Positions 1 through 13,363 of a DNA stretch of 64,000 bases are shown piece after piece; position 1 is the first letter of the stretch; the number at the start of each line of letters is the position of its first letter. This DNA is from Octopus vulgaris. Taxonomy: Eukaryota. The position numbers and the translations under genes were made by a program. Under the pieces are notes generated by a model that saw only the letters and a program-made list of their open reading frames with translations, was not told where the DNA came from and did no database searches. The stretch spans positions 35,154,001 through 35,218,000 of the forward strand of contig OX597825.1 of NCBI GenBank assembly GCA_951406725.2, given 5' to 3'.

Positions 1-607
1 ATCGCAGGTAATGATTTGATGCAAAAATGGTCTTTTTCCAGTCGTGAAAGCAATAAGGAGCACACTTCGAGCCGTCTGTTTTTTAAATCCCGTTCAGTTG
101 ATGAGTAACAAACCTATCCGTTTTCTTGACCTTTCCAATGTTTTACAGGTGTCCAAGAACAGTTGTGCGAAATATTTGGAGTTTTGATGAAAATTTTCGA
201 ACTTTTGTCCTCGGATTTTGTTGAACCAAAGGATTTAATCCATCATGTCGAATAACTTATTTTGGCCTACCTCTTTGTTTATTTTCAAGGCTATCATCTC
301 CTGAGCGAAAGCTTTGGAACCATCTCTGAACAGTCCTGATGTCAACAAAACCATTACCAAAGGCCCGCTTGATATTCTATAGAGCTTCTGTGACAGAGTG
401 ACTCAGTTTGTACTTATACCAGAAAATCACTCAACATAGTTTCGTTGTTAACATTTTCATAAGGTCTGTGTGTACGAATTTTGTATGCCGATTTTGTTGG
501 GAAAGAAAAGAGTCAATATTAAATGCAAGGTATACATAATTGAGCTTTTAAATGACTGAAATAACAAGTAATTAAAAATGCGACATTTCATGTGAAACAA
601 TCTAATA
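1..607 (-). mobile_element. Degenerate mariner transposon, 5' part (TIR plus N-terminal transposase with stops/frameshift); continues off the window
   Basis: Minus translation from ATG at 460: ...NIKRAFGNGFVDIRTVQRWFQSFRSGDDSLENKQRGRPK*...GKVKKTDRFVTHQL...(frameshift) HQIITCD, matching mariner HTH, WVPHEL-like and TCDE motifs. Mariner-like terminus tattagattgtttcacatgaaatg ends near 607. Confidence 0.88.
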
Positions 608-775
608 CATTCTAATGTGTCTTTTCCTCATTTAAGCGATACGATTTGGCTGCTGGTTAATTAAAGAGCTTCACACAATGTGTGTATATATATATGGACA
701 TTTAAATGCGTTCAAATTTGAACGGATTAAAAGAAATGACAGTGAGTGACGGTGAGTAAAAATAACAATACTTAC

Positions 776-1519
776 GACTGATGGAGGATCCTCAGTAATG
801 ATTGTTGGTGATTGTTTCTTTCGTTTACATATCCACCAGCCGTTATCTTGTGCGTAGGCGTGGAGTACGAAGGCAGGGAAGTATAGGAATGTTACCCAGG
901 CTTCCCAAATAGTTACAACTCCGGGAGAGATGAAAGCTGTTACGATATACATCCATATATAAGCCCATAGAGACCAGATAGACGTTGTAATAAATACTCC
1001 AAACGTTTTGATTTTCTTTACTTTGTTATTTGGTAAACTGGATATACAAACGGAGGTTATCATTAACAAATTGAAAGCAGCGCTACCTACAATGGTAAAA
1101 GTACCAAGGTTTTTCTCCCCGCTTTGGTCCCCAAGTCTTAAAACATTCTCTATTGTGGCCAATAATATCTCTGGAGCACTGCTTCCAAGAGCTAGAAGTG
1201 TAAGATTGGCGACAGTTTCGTTCCACACCATTACTTCTTTTGCAATTCTCTCCTGTCGCTCCTCATCCCACTTGTAGACTGTTTTCTTTTGGCTGGTAAT
1301 TACTTCAATACTACTCATGAACAAATCGGAGACAATAGCAATTCCTAAAAATATGTACAGCATGGCTATTATATAAATCACACCTCGTGTTGTATGAAGC
1401 CAAAGGTTTTCTCCTGGCACAAGAATCCAACTCGAACATCTGGTGTGGTTTTCTGGGATGTATTCCACTATATACCCGTAGGTATAGTTCTGTCTGAACT
1501 CCATTATTACTTCATTCAT
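776..1519 (-). CDS. NCX: Sodium/calcium exchanger (NCX/SLC8 family) coding exon: N-terminal TM segments and alpha-1 repeat
   Basis: Motifs YIFLGIAIVSDLFMSSIEVITSQ, VWNETVANLTLLALGSSAPEILL, TIVGSAAFNLL, ISPGVVTIWEA. Acceptor ttctgttttcag| places the exon start at 1521; donor |gtaagt follows 776 (phase 0). The ORF tail 671-775 is intronic read-through. Confidence 0.95.
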
Positions 1520-2120
1520 GACTGAAAACAGAATAATAAAAAGCTTTATTAGATTTATTTATTAAACTGAAATGTGGTGGCTCAAAAGAAAATAACAAAA
1601 ATCATACAGCTCTCTCACACAAAAAGCAAAGAACAACAATAAATCTCAGTGAAACTCCAAAAAGCAAGCAAAACAACGGGAAATAAAAATGTTCTCTGTC
1701 GTCTGAATGTATTTTGAAATATAGGAAAGGGATAAAAGAAAACGTTTAAAGCTTTTTTCTTCAAAATCTACCGAGTAACACGTGTAAAACCGCTACTCCT
1801 AGCTCACGCTTTTTTTCATTTCTGGCTCCCGTAGGAATGAACCACACGCTTTGCTTTTATATTACTATTATTGTTATCTTTTAAACATTATATATGTGTA
1901 TATGTGTCTGTGTGTTCTCTCACTCTCAAACATATACATTCATAATGCATGACTCATGCATATATGCTGAAATTTTAAAAAGTAGATGTAATGGTAGTAC
2001 TAAATCAAAAGCTCATTGCACTCTTGGTTCCGATATGGAACTGGTGAACTATTCACTCAACAATTTTAAAATGGCACAATAGTTAATTTATACAAGCACA
2101 AAAGCAATACATGTAAATGT

Positions 2121-3630
2121 AATTATCAGCGTGGTACGTCACTCCTTTCAACTCCATGCAAAATTCTTTCGAGCGATTTAAAATAGAATAAACATCAGCT
2201 TAATCAGCACTGTGTATCCAGAAAAATAGTATGGATTCAGGTCTGGTCGAAGAATAATGTGCATGATATTCAACATGCAACAAGCGCAGGAAAAGGTTTG
2301 TAAATGAGATAAGGACTTGCATGTAGTTTTTGTGTATCTCACAAAAGCCTTCAGTATAATATCTCACGTGGTCCTATGGAAAATTTTGGCAATGGTTGTG
2401 GTACCTGAACAAATGTTAAAAGTTATGATAACTTTACACAAAGATATGAAAGCCTTTGTCCGTTTAAATGGAGATCAATCACAATTATTTAAAGTGACAA
2501 TGACACAAAGCAAGGTGTGTGTTGGCACTTGTACCATTTTCCTTATTCTTTGCTGTTTTGTTAGAATACGCCTTTATTGACGTTTCAGAAAGTATCCTCG
2601 TGGAATATCGCACCACTGAGAAATATCTTCAATCAGAAATGTTTCTATACAAAAACAAGGATTTTCTCTCAAATTATCAGGGACTTGCTCTTTGCAGATG
2701 ATTGCGCGAAGCTTGCACATTCACTTGAAAATATTCTACATATTGTCAAATATATTTGCTGCAGCACTCATATCTTTTGGTTTGACCATAAGCTTAAAAA
2801 ACAGAGTCTCTATTTCAGGTGCATATTGTCAGTAATTCAGTGGTTATATCCTAAGTGTATGTTGAAGCTAAAGATTTTAAAATAGTCGATGTTTTCAATT
2901 ATCTTGGTTCTCCAGTGACAAATGATGTTTAGTTTGATAAAGGAATTAAAACACGGATAGGAAAAGCAAGCATAACTTTTGGGAAAATCTATGGAGGAGC
3001 TTTGGAATAATCTTGCTGCCCGAGTTAAAACAAAAGCCAAAATATACAAAACGGAGTTGTTTAACCACTCTTCTTATACAGGGTAGAGTCTAAGAGGTCT
3101 TATTGAAAATATGTTAATCAATTGAACAGCTAAAATGGGTAGGCAAGATCAAATGGGAAGACAAAGTGAAGAGCAGTGATATTCTGTCAATGTGTAATAT
3201 TCTTGATATTAAAACTTTACTGATCAGTGCTCAATCGAGGTGTTGTGGCTGTGTTTTACAAATAAGCGATAAGATTCTAAAGCAAGTCATTTTGGGTAAA
3301 TATAAAATATTTATTGGATAATTGGCAAGCCACTACTACGGTATAAAGGGAAATTAATGGAAAAACCTAAAATACCTGAACACGAATGTACACGATTAGG
3401 GATATGTTGCAAGAAGTCTAACGGAGTGGAGAAGCCAATGTTGCAGAAACATAAACTTTAAGGCACAAAGAGACCTTCGTCATAAAATGCTGTGTAATTG
3501 TGCAGCCAGGTCAAATTCTGGTTTAATTAGTCCTCTTCGTGCCCATGCTGTTCAATATAATACCAATTTGATGTGTGCCGGATGTAACTGCCTTTGTAAA
3601 ATACTTGCATGTCTACGTGTGTAGTCGTGA
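2121..3630 (+). mobile_element. Decayed RTE-clade LINE (reverse transcriptase pseudogene to C-terminus)
   Basis: Frameshifted fragments RGTSLLS, YGFRSGR, HVVFVYLTKAF, LAxxxFSLFF, IRDLLFADDCA, EIKTRIGKASITFG, and a terminal C-x2-C motif. Confidence 0.88.
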
Positions 3631-3778
3631 AGTAGAATAAATTAATTTATACATAACTATGTTTCAAGTATATAATAAAGGCAGCAGTGGACGAGTGAAG
3701 GGGTAGCAGTGAAAGGTAGTATAGTATGGATCTAAAATAAATTACTTTAGCGTATGTCTATGTAGATAATAAATTCTG

Positions 3779-3911
<133 letters not shown>

Positions 3912-4227
3912 CTCTTTTATCCTTTACTTGTTTCAGTTATTAGATTGAAGCCATGCAGGAGCACCGACTTGAAAAATGTTTAGTCGAATGAATCGACCCC
4001 AATACTATTTTGTAATAGATAACCACAGTTTGGCCACAAAATCAGCATTTGGTCAAGGAATCAATAGAATGGTAGAGTAACTAGAAGCTGTTCAGTGTTT
4101 ATTTCTGTCATCTTCTGGTTTCCATGTATGCTTGAGTTTATCCATTGCATAAACGATCAAATAATTACAAGGATATAACATGAGGTAATCACTAGTCTGT
4201 TCATCTACACTAAAATTTCATTGACCT

Positions 4228-4370
4228 ATGAGTGCCTATTTTTTAATGGTTGGTACTTATCCTATCGGTCTCTTCCGACTACTAAGTTTCAAGGAAGTAA
4301 ACAAACCAACACAGGCTGCCAAGCGGTTCCGGGTGAGAAACGCAAACACAAACATAAACATATATATATA

Positions 4371-4445
<75 letters not shown>

Positions 4446-4670
4446 AATGTGTTTGGTAGACGGATATTGAAAGAAGCCTGCCGTATGTATATACGTATAT
4501 ACATACGGCAGGCTTCTTTCAATATCCGTCTACCAAACACATTTGCAAGGATTTGGTCGGCTCGAAGCTATAGTAAAAGACACTTGTCCAAGGTGCCACT
4601 TAGTGGAACTGAATATGAATCCATAGAGATAGGAAGCAAACATCTTACCATACAACCCAACCACGCCTGC
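4228..4670 (-). mobile_element. tRNA-derived SINE family A, diverged copy with internal palindrome; its 3' tail piece probably lies at 3911-4010
   Basis: Reverse-complement similarity to 14107-14526 (gacacttgtccaaggtgccac, gtctaccaaa, cctatcggtctc). Confidence 0.82.
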
Positions 4671-5131
4671 GTCTGCGAACTTTCAAAGGACCAGTGAGCG
4701 ATAGACTAAATACCACTAAAGTACAGGATTATGTATACTCTTCCGGCTATAAAGTACAAGTTCATAATTATCACTTGAACCGAGAAGGAGAAAGAGAAAG
4801 AGAGAGAGAGGGGGGATGGGAGGAGTAAGAGGGAGAAATGGAGTGATTAAGGAAATAAACCGATTGGGATGCATTACGACAGTTAGAAATGAACTAAAAG
4901 GTTAAAATGTTTCCCATTGAGAGAAAAGTAAAATTATTTATAGATATAGGATATGAATTTGAATGAGTAAAATCATATTTATTACACACACACACACACA
5001 TATATATATATTATTGATTTCGGGATGGTAATTTTATTCTGTTTTTCTTTTGCCAAATAAACACACTCACTATATATTTTTTCTTCACTCGTTTATTACT
5101 GTTCTTATTTTATTATTTTAACTCATGTCTA

Positions 5132-5178
5132 TTGTCTGGAAATCTTTCGTCACACATCTGCGACCTCTTCAGCGACAC
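5132..5178 (-). ncRNA. Hammerhead-ribozyme-like motif in a module between (TA)n tracts
   Basis: Minus: tgtcg CTGAAGA g gtcgca-gatg-tgtgac GAAA gatttc cagaca. Stem II is 6 bp; stem I is tgtc/gaca; stem III is weak. Confidence 0.55.
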
Positions 5179-5317
5179 TTTTCGTTGTCGTGTGTGCTCT
5201 TGCTCCTCTAAAATGATGAATAATAGTATTAATGTAATATAAATATCAAATGTTTTGGTGCGTAACTTTTGGCCCACATTGTGTTTGTGTATGTATGTAT
5301 GTATGTATGTATGTATG

Positions 5318-5354
<37 letters not shown>

Positions 5355-7311
5355 GTTTAATAAATATTTCAATATATGCACATATCTATGTCTATTTATC
5401 CACGCACACGCGCGGTACTCTTCAGAAAATGCATTGTAACTGTTTCATAATTAATTAATTAATTAATTAATTAATTAATTGAACAATCACATTTGTTGAA
5501 ATTTTAATGTTGGAACTGTACGGGATTTTCGGATTTTGGTGCAGGGCTTGAAATACAGGGTGTGAATCATAACATTAACATATGAGATTTTTTCCTTCAT
5601 TTGTTAGGAAAACGTACAAAAACGTACATGAATACAGAGACGTGTGTGATTATATGCACATGCGAGTCTTTGTAAAATCACTAATAAAGCATTCTATATG
5701 GAAAGCCGTGTATAACAAAACAGAGAGGGAGAACCCACCTGGTTATATGAAAAAGTGAATAGCATATGTGAAAAGTCGATTTAATTTGGTGGTGTAATGA
5801 ATTTCATCTTTCAGTAAGTACTTATCAAACTGGTGGCACAGGATACATTCAGATCTTGCGCTTTGGTAGTTGAATTACGAAGATTTCAAAGTTCGGGAAT
5901 TCTTTCGGCTGTACATAAATTACATCTTTTGTTCGGATTCTCTCAAGAGCCATCCACTTATTGTTGAAATTAGCGGCATTTTCTTTCAAATGCGAGATAT
6001 ATTTTTGCCAGTTTTATAACATTCTTCTTCACTCTATGTCTGAGTATGATAGAAGTGCCGTTGTTTAAATTAACTTTCAGTCTTACTTATATATAATGTT
6101 TGCACAGTGCATGAAGGTGTGGTTTATTGGAGGTGTCTTTCGCTTCCAGTTAATCGCTCCAGCATTAAATGATTAACTTAAGAGGTATGCATTATTTCTA
6201 CATGTGCAATTATTCCAAGTTAGTTTAGGAGATAACCAAGTAATTAGATTCTTTGTATTAGAAGCGCAAACGCAACCCAGTTTAAGTCTTTCCTAACTAA
6301 ATAATATTCTGCATCCAACGGTAATAGGGAAATGTATATCAATCGAAACTAATCCCAAAAGAAGTGTAGCAAGATAATGATACGGCATGTCCTCTTTGTA
6401 TAAGATAGCAAAATCTTAGGGTATGTAAGTAATCTTATCTTTGAAATCACTAAATTCTAATGTTCTATTATAGTAGAGAGTCGCTTGAACGAAGTTCTAC
6501 TTATTAGATAGCTTTCTAATAATATTATTTGCAAGGTTTTTTAAAATACAAAGTTTGTAGCAGAAACCTCTATTAATATATTTGAGTTACTTATTAAGTT
6601 TGCATGAGTATGTAATTAAATTTAAATTTAAATCCCCCAACAAAAAATGACTATACACGTGTGTTTATATTTACGATGAAATTATTGTTTACTCGAAATA
6701 TGTAAAGTAAGTTCGTGAGAAAAAAAACCCTTAATATCTAAAATAATTTAAACGCAAAATAACTATTACAACTGTCTAAAGGAAAATAAATTTCCTAAAT
6801 GTTTCCTCCAATTTAACTGCAGCTTTCGCAAACCCAATGAAAATTTCACATGTCTAAAAAAAAAAAAATAATAATAGTAAAAGACAATATAATTTGTCAT
6901 CGAATGAAAATATATCTTCGATAGTTCAGTTCCTAATGGATTCAATGATAAAATTACTTGTGTCCCTAACCGCACGTTTTGTTTTCATTAAAAAAAAAAA
7001 GATCCTGCAACCTTCGTGTGCACCGTTTAATTAATAGTTTTATGTATGAGTTACATGTAGCTGTATATAAACATATGTATGTATGTTTGTACGTTATATC
7101 AGGTCACTGTTAGTGTAACTGGTAACCCAATACAAGCTGTCGCATTTTCGGGCCGTCGGCGTTTAATCCAGCAGCCCTACCAATCCTGCTTGGTAAGGAG
7201 GGTGGGCTTCATTGGACACTCTGCAGGATGAGAAATAAAACTTGTCAGGAGAGTCAACGGTCATCCAACAGCTGGAAGTGAAAGACTTCGTGTTTATACA
7301 TCTCTCTTGGA

Positions 7312-7609
7312 CAGCGGTTTTCAACCATTTTTTTTTATCTATAAATCCCTTTGATAACTATTTTATTCTGGTGAATTCCCATAGCCATTCGATGTTTAAA
7401 AATTAGTTTTATAGAAACTTCTTCCAAAATTCCTATTTTGCTTTTCGAGAAAGAAGCCTAGCTGTTTCTTACAATACGCACCAATATACTTTTTTCAGGG
7501 GCTCTTAAGATACTATTATGGATCCCCATTTTACTAATTTGTTGTGTGGATCCCCAGAAATCTTTTATGGACCCTTAGGGTCCATATGGACACCAGTTGA
7601 GAACCAATA
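7312..7609. mobile_element. hAT-type MITE
   Basis: Ends cagcggttttcaac ... gttgagaaccaata; 8-bp flanks ctcttgga / ctctagga (7/8 TSD). Related copy at about 30622-30866. Confidence 0.78.
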
Positions 7610-7857
7610 CTCTAGGAGAAGAAAATTCCGAAATAATAAGAAATTCTTCATTGTAAAACCAGAGATGTTCCACTTGCTTGTTTCTGGAAGACTCGGACTT
7701 TTAGATGAGCGTCTTAGCGGCGTTGCACAAGCTGTCATTGTCTTTAACTTTTAGCATGGGCATTGCTGACAGCTAATGACTTTAACATCTAGGATAAGAA
7801 AATTCGTCAGTAAGGCTCGACAGCTAACATGTCTCTGGTTGCATATAACTTCTTTCA

Positions 7858-8266
7858 TACCTATCTCTTTACTACCCACAAATGGCTAAACACAGAGAGG
7901 ACAAACAAGAACAGACAAACGGATTGAGTCGATTATAAGTAACTGGTACTTATTTAATCGACCCCGAAAGGATGAAAGGCAAAGTCGACCTCGGCAGAAT
8001 TTGAACTCAGAATGTAACGGCAGACGAAATACCTATTTCTTTACTACCCACAAGGGGATAAACACAGAGAGGACAAACAAGGACAGACAAACGGATTAAG
8101 TCGATTACATCGACCCCTGTGCGTAACTGGTACTTAAATTATCGACCCCGAAAGGATGAAAGGCGAAGTTGACCTCGGCGGAATTTGAACTCAGAACGTA
8201 AAGACAGACGAAATACCGCTAAGCATTTCGCCCGGCATGCTAACGTTTCTGCCAGCTCGCCGCCTT
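7858..8266 (-). mobile_element. SINE family B (GGCGGCGAGCTGGCAGAA head), with tandemly duplicated body
   Basis: Matches the copies at 31481, 47149 and 57408; core gcctttcatcctttcggggtcgat occurs twice. Confidence 0.9.
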
Positions 8267-8461
8267 CATACCTATTGCATTACAGAGCTCATTTTAGTTT
8301 TTGCTTTTACTTTAATTTTGTAATTATTACTTATTTTCTATCGAATTTCATCTTTCTTCCCACCCTCTCTCTCTCTTGCCTTTTCTCCACCTCTAGTCTT
8401 TAAACATGCATGTGTATTTGTGCGCGCGAACCTGTGTGTGTGTGTGTGTGTGTGCGGTTGC

Positions 8462-8665
8462 TTTTTAACCTCATGTCAGCTCCGACCGAGCTCATCTATG
8501 ATTATCGAAGGCGTTCCAGCCGTGCCAATCTCATCTGTTTAGTATATCTGCGATATATTTTCGAATATGTACCCCTTTTATAAGAGAGAAGGTTGATTTG
8601 AGAGCGATTTTGCTGCTGTCTCTAGTAGATCGAGCAATCTTCTTAGATGTTCTTCCATCAGCTTT
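8462..8665 (+). repeat. Old dispersed repeat (gatcaaaggc-ttccagcc ... gctgctatttctag motifs)
   Basis: Similar degenerate segments in either orientation near 17440, 19500, 22620, 23260, 27290, 31010, 39900, 44450, 47000 and 55000. Confidence 0.6.
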
Positions 8666-9548
8666 GTACGTATCAGCTCAGACTTTATAATGTTCCGGGT
8701 GGATATAAGCGTTGTGACCAAAAGAGAGAAAGTGTGTAAGGAAGAAAGGAAGGAAACTTACGTAAGAGATTGTTGAAATAATTTCATTTACTGAAATTAT
8801 TTCAAAGGGAATTATAAAGTGTGTGTGCGTGTGCGTGCGTGCGTGTGTGTGTGTATGTATATGTGTGCATGAGTGCGAGCGTGCGCGTGTGTGTGTGTTT
8901 GTGTGTGTGTGTACGTACGTGTGTGTATGTGTGCGAGCGTGTATGTGTGTGTGTGTGTATGTGTTTGAGTGTGTGTTTGTGTGTGTGTATGTTTATGTGT
9001 GTCATATTCTATAATCTGAACTAATCACTGTAGAGCAATAAATATTGGTCATGTGAGAGAGGGTGAAAGAGAGGGAGAGAGAGAGAGAGAGAGAGAAAAG
9101 GAAAGAGAGAGGGAGAGAGAAAGTGAATGTGAGAATGGATAAAATATGAGAGTGAGAAGGAAAAGTAAAAGAAAATAAGCGAAGGAAAGTAAGTGAAATA
9201 GAGAGGGTGAGATAATGAAATAGATATAGGAACATTCAGAGAGAAGAAAAGGAGAGAGAGAGAGAGGTGGAAGAGAGAGGGGGAGAGAAATGAGGAGGGA
9301 GGGAGAGACGAAGAGAGAGAGAAGTTGACAAAGCTGTTGCTACAGTTATGCTCTAAAGGGATTATACACGAAATAGTCCCGGATTCGAGTCGATTATTGA
9401 AAGACAGAGAAGATAAATGAACAATCGATACGAACAGTGTGTTAATAACTTAGATATTAATTCACAGGACATCTAACACTTCCTATGTAACACACACAAA
9501 TAACTACGAGCATACATATATTATTGAGAGAACAAAGTGTACGTACGC

Positions 9549-9600
<52 letters not shown>

Positions 9601-9605
<5 letters not shown>

Positions 9606-9790
9606 AAATGGGACAAGAACGCAAAACATCCAGATAGACGATACAAAAAACACGGACGGGTGATTCGAAGCCTTTAATCTTCAGTCAAGATCCGGATTAT
9701 CCTCGCAATTTCGGCTGACGCTTCGAATGACCTGTCCGTGTTTTTTGTATCGTCTATCTGGATGTTTTGCGTTCTTGTCCCATTTTGTAT
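9601..9790. repeat. 71-bp inverted repeat (2 mismatches) with 48-bp loop, next to (TA)n
   Basis: 9601-9671 is the reverse complement of 9720-9790. Confidence 0.95.
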
Positions 9791-10382
9791 TTTTTTTATA
9801 TATACATATATTATTGCCTGATATCTTAAGACTAGTGTTCTCATTTTGTGCCACACTTATGCAAGGTATTGGCAAATTTTTTCAAGAAGCAGGCTGCATG
9901 AAACATGAGTCAGTATCAGATGGGCCGCACTGCTAAGAAAAAAATCCAAGCTAATTTTTTTTATTGTTGGGCGTGCTTATTTTTCAGAAAGTCCTGCGGA
10001 CCGCAGACCGCCTATGACTGATTTAGGCCCTTGGAGTCTTTGTCATAAAAGCGAAGTACTCATTGTTTAATATCATCCCGAATAAACTGTACCCAACAAA
10101 AAATGCAAAAATACAATAACATAATGACTACGGTTAGGTTTATGATTACAGATTTCTTGAAGAAGAGCTGATCAGGAGGCACACAACAGCAGCAACAATA
10201 AAAGAGAAGTGATGAATGATGGGATCGGTAAGGCTTTGGAATAACCGACTCGCCCTTTGATTATCTTCTCAAGTCGATTAAAAGTCAGGCAAATACTGAG
10301 TAATGAATGTTGAATAATGACCGAAAGAGTACGATCGTGAATACAAGTGATGGAAAGGGGACACCTTCAAAGGATCTCTAGA

Positions 10383-10738
10383 GTAATGTTATTGATAGAG
10401 AGAGTATCTCGGAGATCAGGGAGTCTTTCCAGATTGAGTCCTTACTTTACTGCATTGAGAGGTCCCAGCCCCAGGATTACGGACATCTGATTTGAATGTC
10501 GTGGTAAAGAGTCCCAAGACAGATTATTCAAGGTTGACCAACCAGTAGGTGACCTGAGAGTAGACGAAGAACGTGATCGTTGGATGATATCCATTGCCTC
10601 AGTTGGTCACGCTTGGGAGTCCAGCTGGAAAGTCTAATAGTGGTTGCTTCTGATCGGACTCTATGGAGAAGGTGCCTGAAGACTACCCACATACCCCTCC
10701 CAGGGATAGCAGATGGAGAAGAAGGATACTGGATTGAT
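10383..10738 (+). mobile_element. RTE-type LINE 3' end remnant
   Basis: IESLLYCIERSQ..YGHLI..RVPRQI..LDDIHCLSWSRLGVQLESLIVVASDRTLWRR resembles the RTE C-terminus. A related tail is at about 37690-37760. Confidence 0.75.
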
Positions 10739-11047
10739 ATAATAAACGGTTCGATTCCCTAAAATTTCAGGTGTTGTGCTTATGTTAAAAGTCTTTATTA
10801 GGGTTGCAGAGATAGATTAGAAGCATTGAAAGATAAAGTACTTTACGTGTTTTAGATGTGTGTGTTCATGTTTCAAGCCGAAATCGTACCGAGATTAATT
10901 TAGTTTTTTATCCTTCAGAACTGGACAAAATAAGTACCTGCCAAATACTGAGATGGAGGTAATTAGACCATCTCACCAAATATTTGGTTTTGTGCTTCAG
11001 TCAGGTAAAGACCTGAAATCGTCACTTACTAATATACGAGAAATGCT

Positions 11048-11096
<49 letters not shown>

Positions 11097-12005
11097 ATGT
11101 GTGTAGTAAATGAGGAAGCTTAATTCATTAATATTCAGCAACCAACAGCAAATCCCGTCCGCCTAGAGCCAAGGAGTAAGCTTCACGCGGTCATTTTGGA
11201 TTGCAGAAAAATAAAACAACAAAAACAGTCATATCTCCCCAAATCACTCACTATTACTTTATACAAGAGAAGACATATTGGATATTACGTTTTTGTGTTA
11301 AAGATGACGAAATGATCACAGATAGAACATTTTACCTGGAGCTAAATGAGAGAGAGAGAGAGAAACAACGATAACACTGTCAGATTGTTGGGTTCTACAT
11401 CCTAGCTCTATCTTTTCTACCAACCAAAACAATTTCTGAACTAATAAACTGTGTTCTTTCCACGACCAAACTCACTCGATGAATACACTTATTTTAACTT
11501 TAATATCTCTTCTATATCTCGTCCACCCGATCCTTCCGTTTCAGCACTGGCGATATCTTCAACTCTGCTCATTGTTCACATATTCCTGTCCGGACAACCT
11601 AGCATGGAAAAAATAATCCTTTCTACTAAAGGCCTGAAATTTTAAAGGAGGGGACTAGAACAACAATAATGACAATCATGTATCAGGCAAAGACATAGAG
11701 AAATTATTCAAATATACAAATCTAGAAATAGAAATAACTAGAATGTTCCAGGTGAAAACTGAAACGATCCCTACCATATTAGTTGACTTGGGAATTATTG
11801 AAAAACATGCAGGCAAATACGTAACAAAAAGCACTTGGCGTTGATCTTGGACAGACCCAGTTGACGGCATTTCCATGCCTGTAGAATGTATCTCAAACAT
11901 GCTCCTTGTAGTACTGTCCTTTTAGTACTGCTAGGGCAGGGATTCCTGTAATATTCATAATGTATGGGCTTAAAAAAGAACTCTAGAATAGACAGCACGG
12001 TTTAT

Positions 12006-12166
12006 TCTTGTGGACAAGCAGATTTCATCGAGAAAATTGTCACCCTTGCTCACTACTAGTCCCCCATAGGACATTCTCCATCACACTCATTTTTCTTATA
12101 TTTTTTGTGTTATTATTGAATTATGATACGTAAATATTTTTCAGGAGTGTACTTTAATAGAAGAGT
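12006..12166 (+). repeat. About 160-bp direct repeat, copy 1 (copy 2 at 15249-15409)
   Basis: cagatttcatcgagaaaattgtcacccttgct ... tttttcaggagtgtactttaa is shared by both copies. Confidence 0.9.
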
Positions 12167-13312
12167 AATATTATAGACGGTAAAAGTGAATACGCTAAAA
12201 GGTGAAAAAAGGAAGTATATGAGAGATGTAGAAAGTAAGGTATGGATTGTGAAGGAGGAGATCTAACAGAGAGAACTATTTAGTGTGAGAGGTGGTGAGG
12301 AAAAGGGCTGAATGTGAAGTGTGAGTTTAACAATGATTTGAAAGTTTGGAAGTTGTGTTTTGTTTGTGTATAAAATTTTCTTTCATTCTATTCCGTTTCA
12401 TTTCCTTGAAAAATTTGAAAACTTTTTGTACCAATACGTAACTAAACAGAGGAACAGTTCTTTCATTTCATCTAACATCATTATTACCTACCAACCTACC
12501 TATATATTATATCTATATATATGTATGTATGAATGTAGACACACATTTTTATATTGTCAAGAAGTATGTCAGCGCAGACGACGCTTGTCAAATGAGCTTG
12601 TGTACTTGATGTCTGTCTTTTAGTTCGAGAGAGAGGGAACGACCGCGTTGCCAAACGATTTTTCTAACGTGAAAGCAGTGACTAAATATTTCGCTCTTTT
12701 AGTTCAGGTAGGACCCAGGATCGTGTGAGTCTTTTAGAATTATTCTCTTCTCAGTCAAGTAAAGCTTGCAACGCCTACCTCCACTCAGGCATGGTGCAGG
12801 TTGTTTCAGCAGCTTCCACGGCGTTCAATTGCCATATATAGCTGGTTAATGAAATATTGCGCTCTTCCTGGATTATAAGATCGGACCTCTCAATATCGAC
12901 CGAACCAGGTCTGTATATTCCCCTCCAGCATAAAGAGGCTGTGTGTAAGTCATTACTCGGTATTTGTTTTCATAAGGAATTAGCAAAATGAACACCGAGC
13001 AGTCATTCTGAGACTCACTTATAAATAGATATTAATAGATATTATTATTCCTGCCTACTTCATCGTATTGAGTACTTACTTTCTTATGCTTAATTGCAGT
13101 TACGCTAGTGTTTTACTCTCAGTTCATTATGTGTGTATGCATGTGTGTGTGTGTATGCGTATGTATGTTTGCGTACAAGAGCGCGCGTATGTAATAAGGA
13201 TTATCTCATGGATTTAATGTGCTAAGTCATTTAGTGGAAGTTTAGATTACGGCTAATTAGCAACTGTGCACCTGACTCTGCTTCCTTATTTATACATAGA
13301 TAGTGCATACTG

Positions 13313-13363
<51 letters not shown>

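Noticed and set aside
671-775. C-terminal part of the 282-aa NCX ORF
   Set aside because: Lies beyond a consensus GTAAGT donor and has no NCX similarity; intron read-through.
9672-9719. Complete permuted (type II) hammerhead in the hairpin loop
   Set aside because: GAAA and CUGAAGA are present, but stems I and II do not pair properly.
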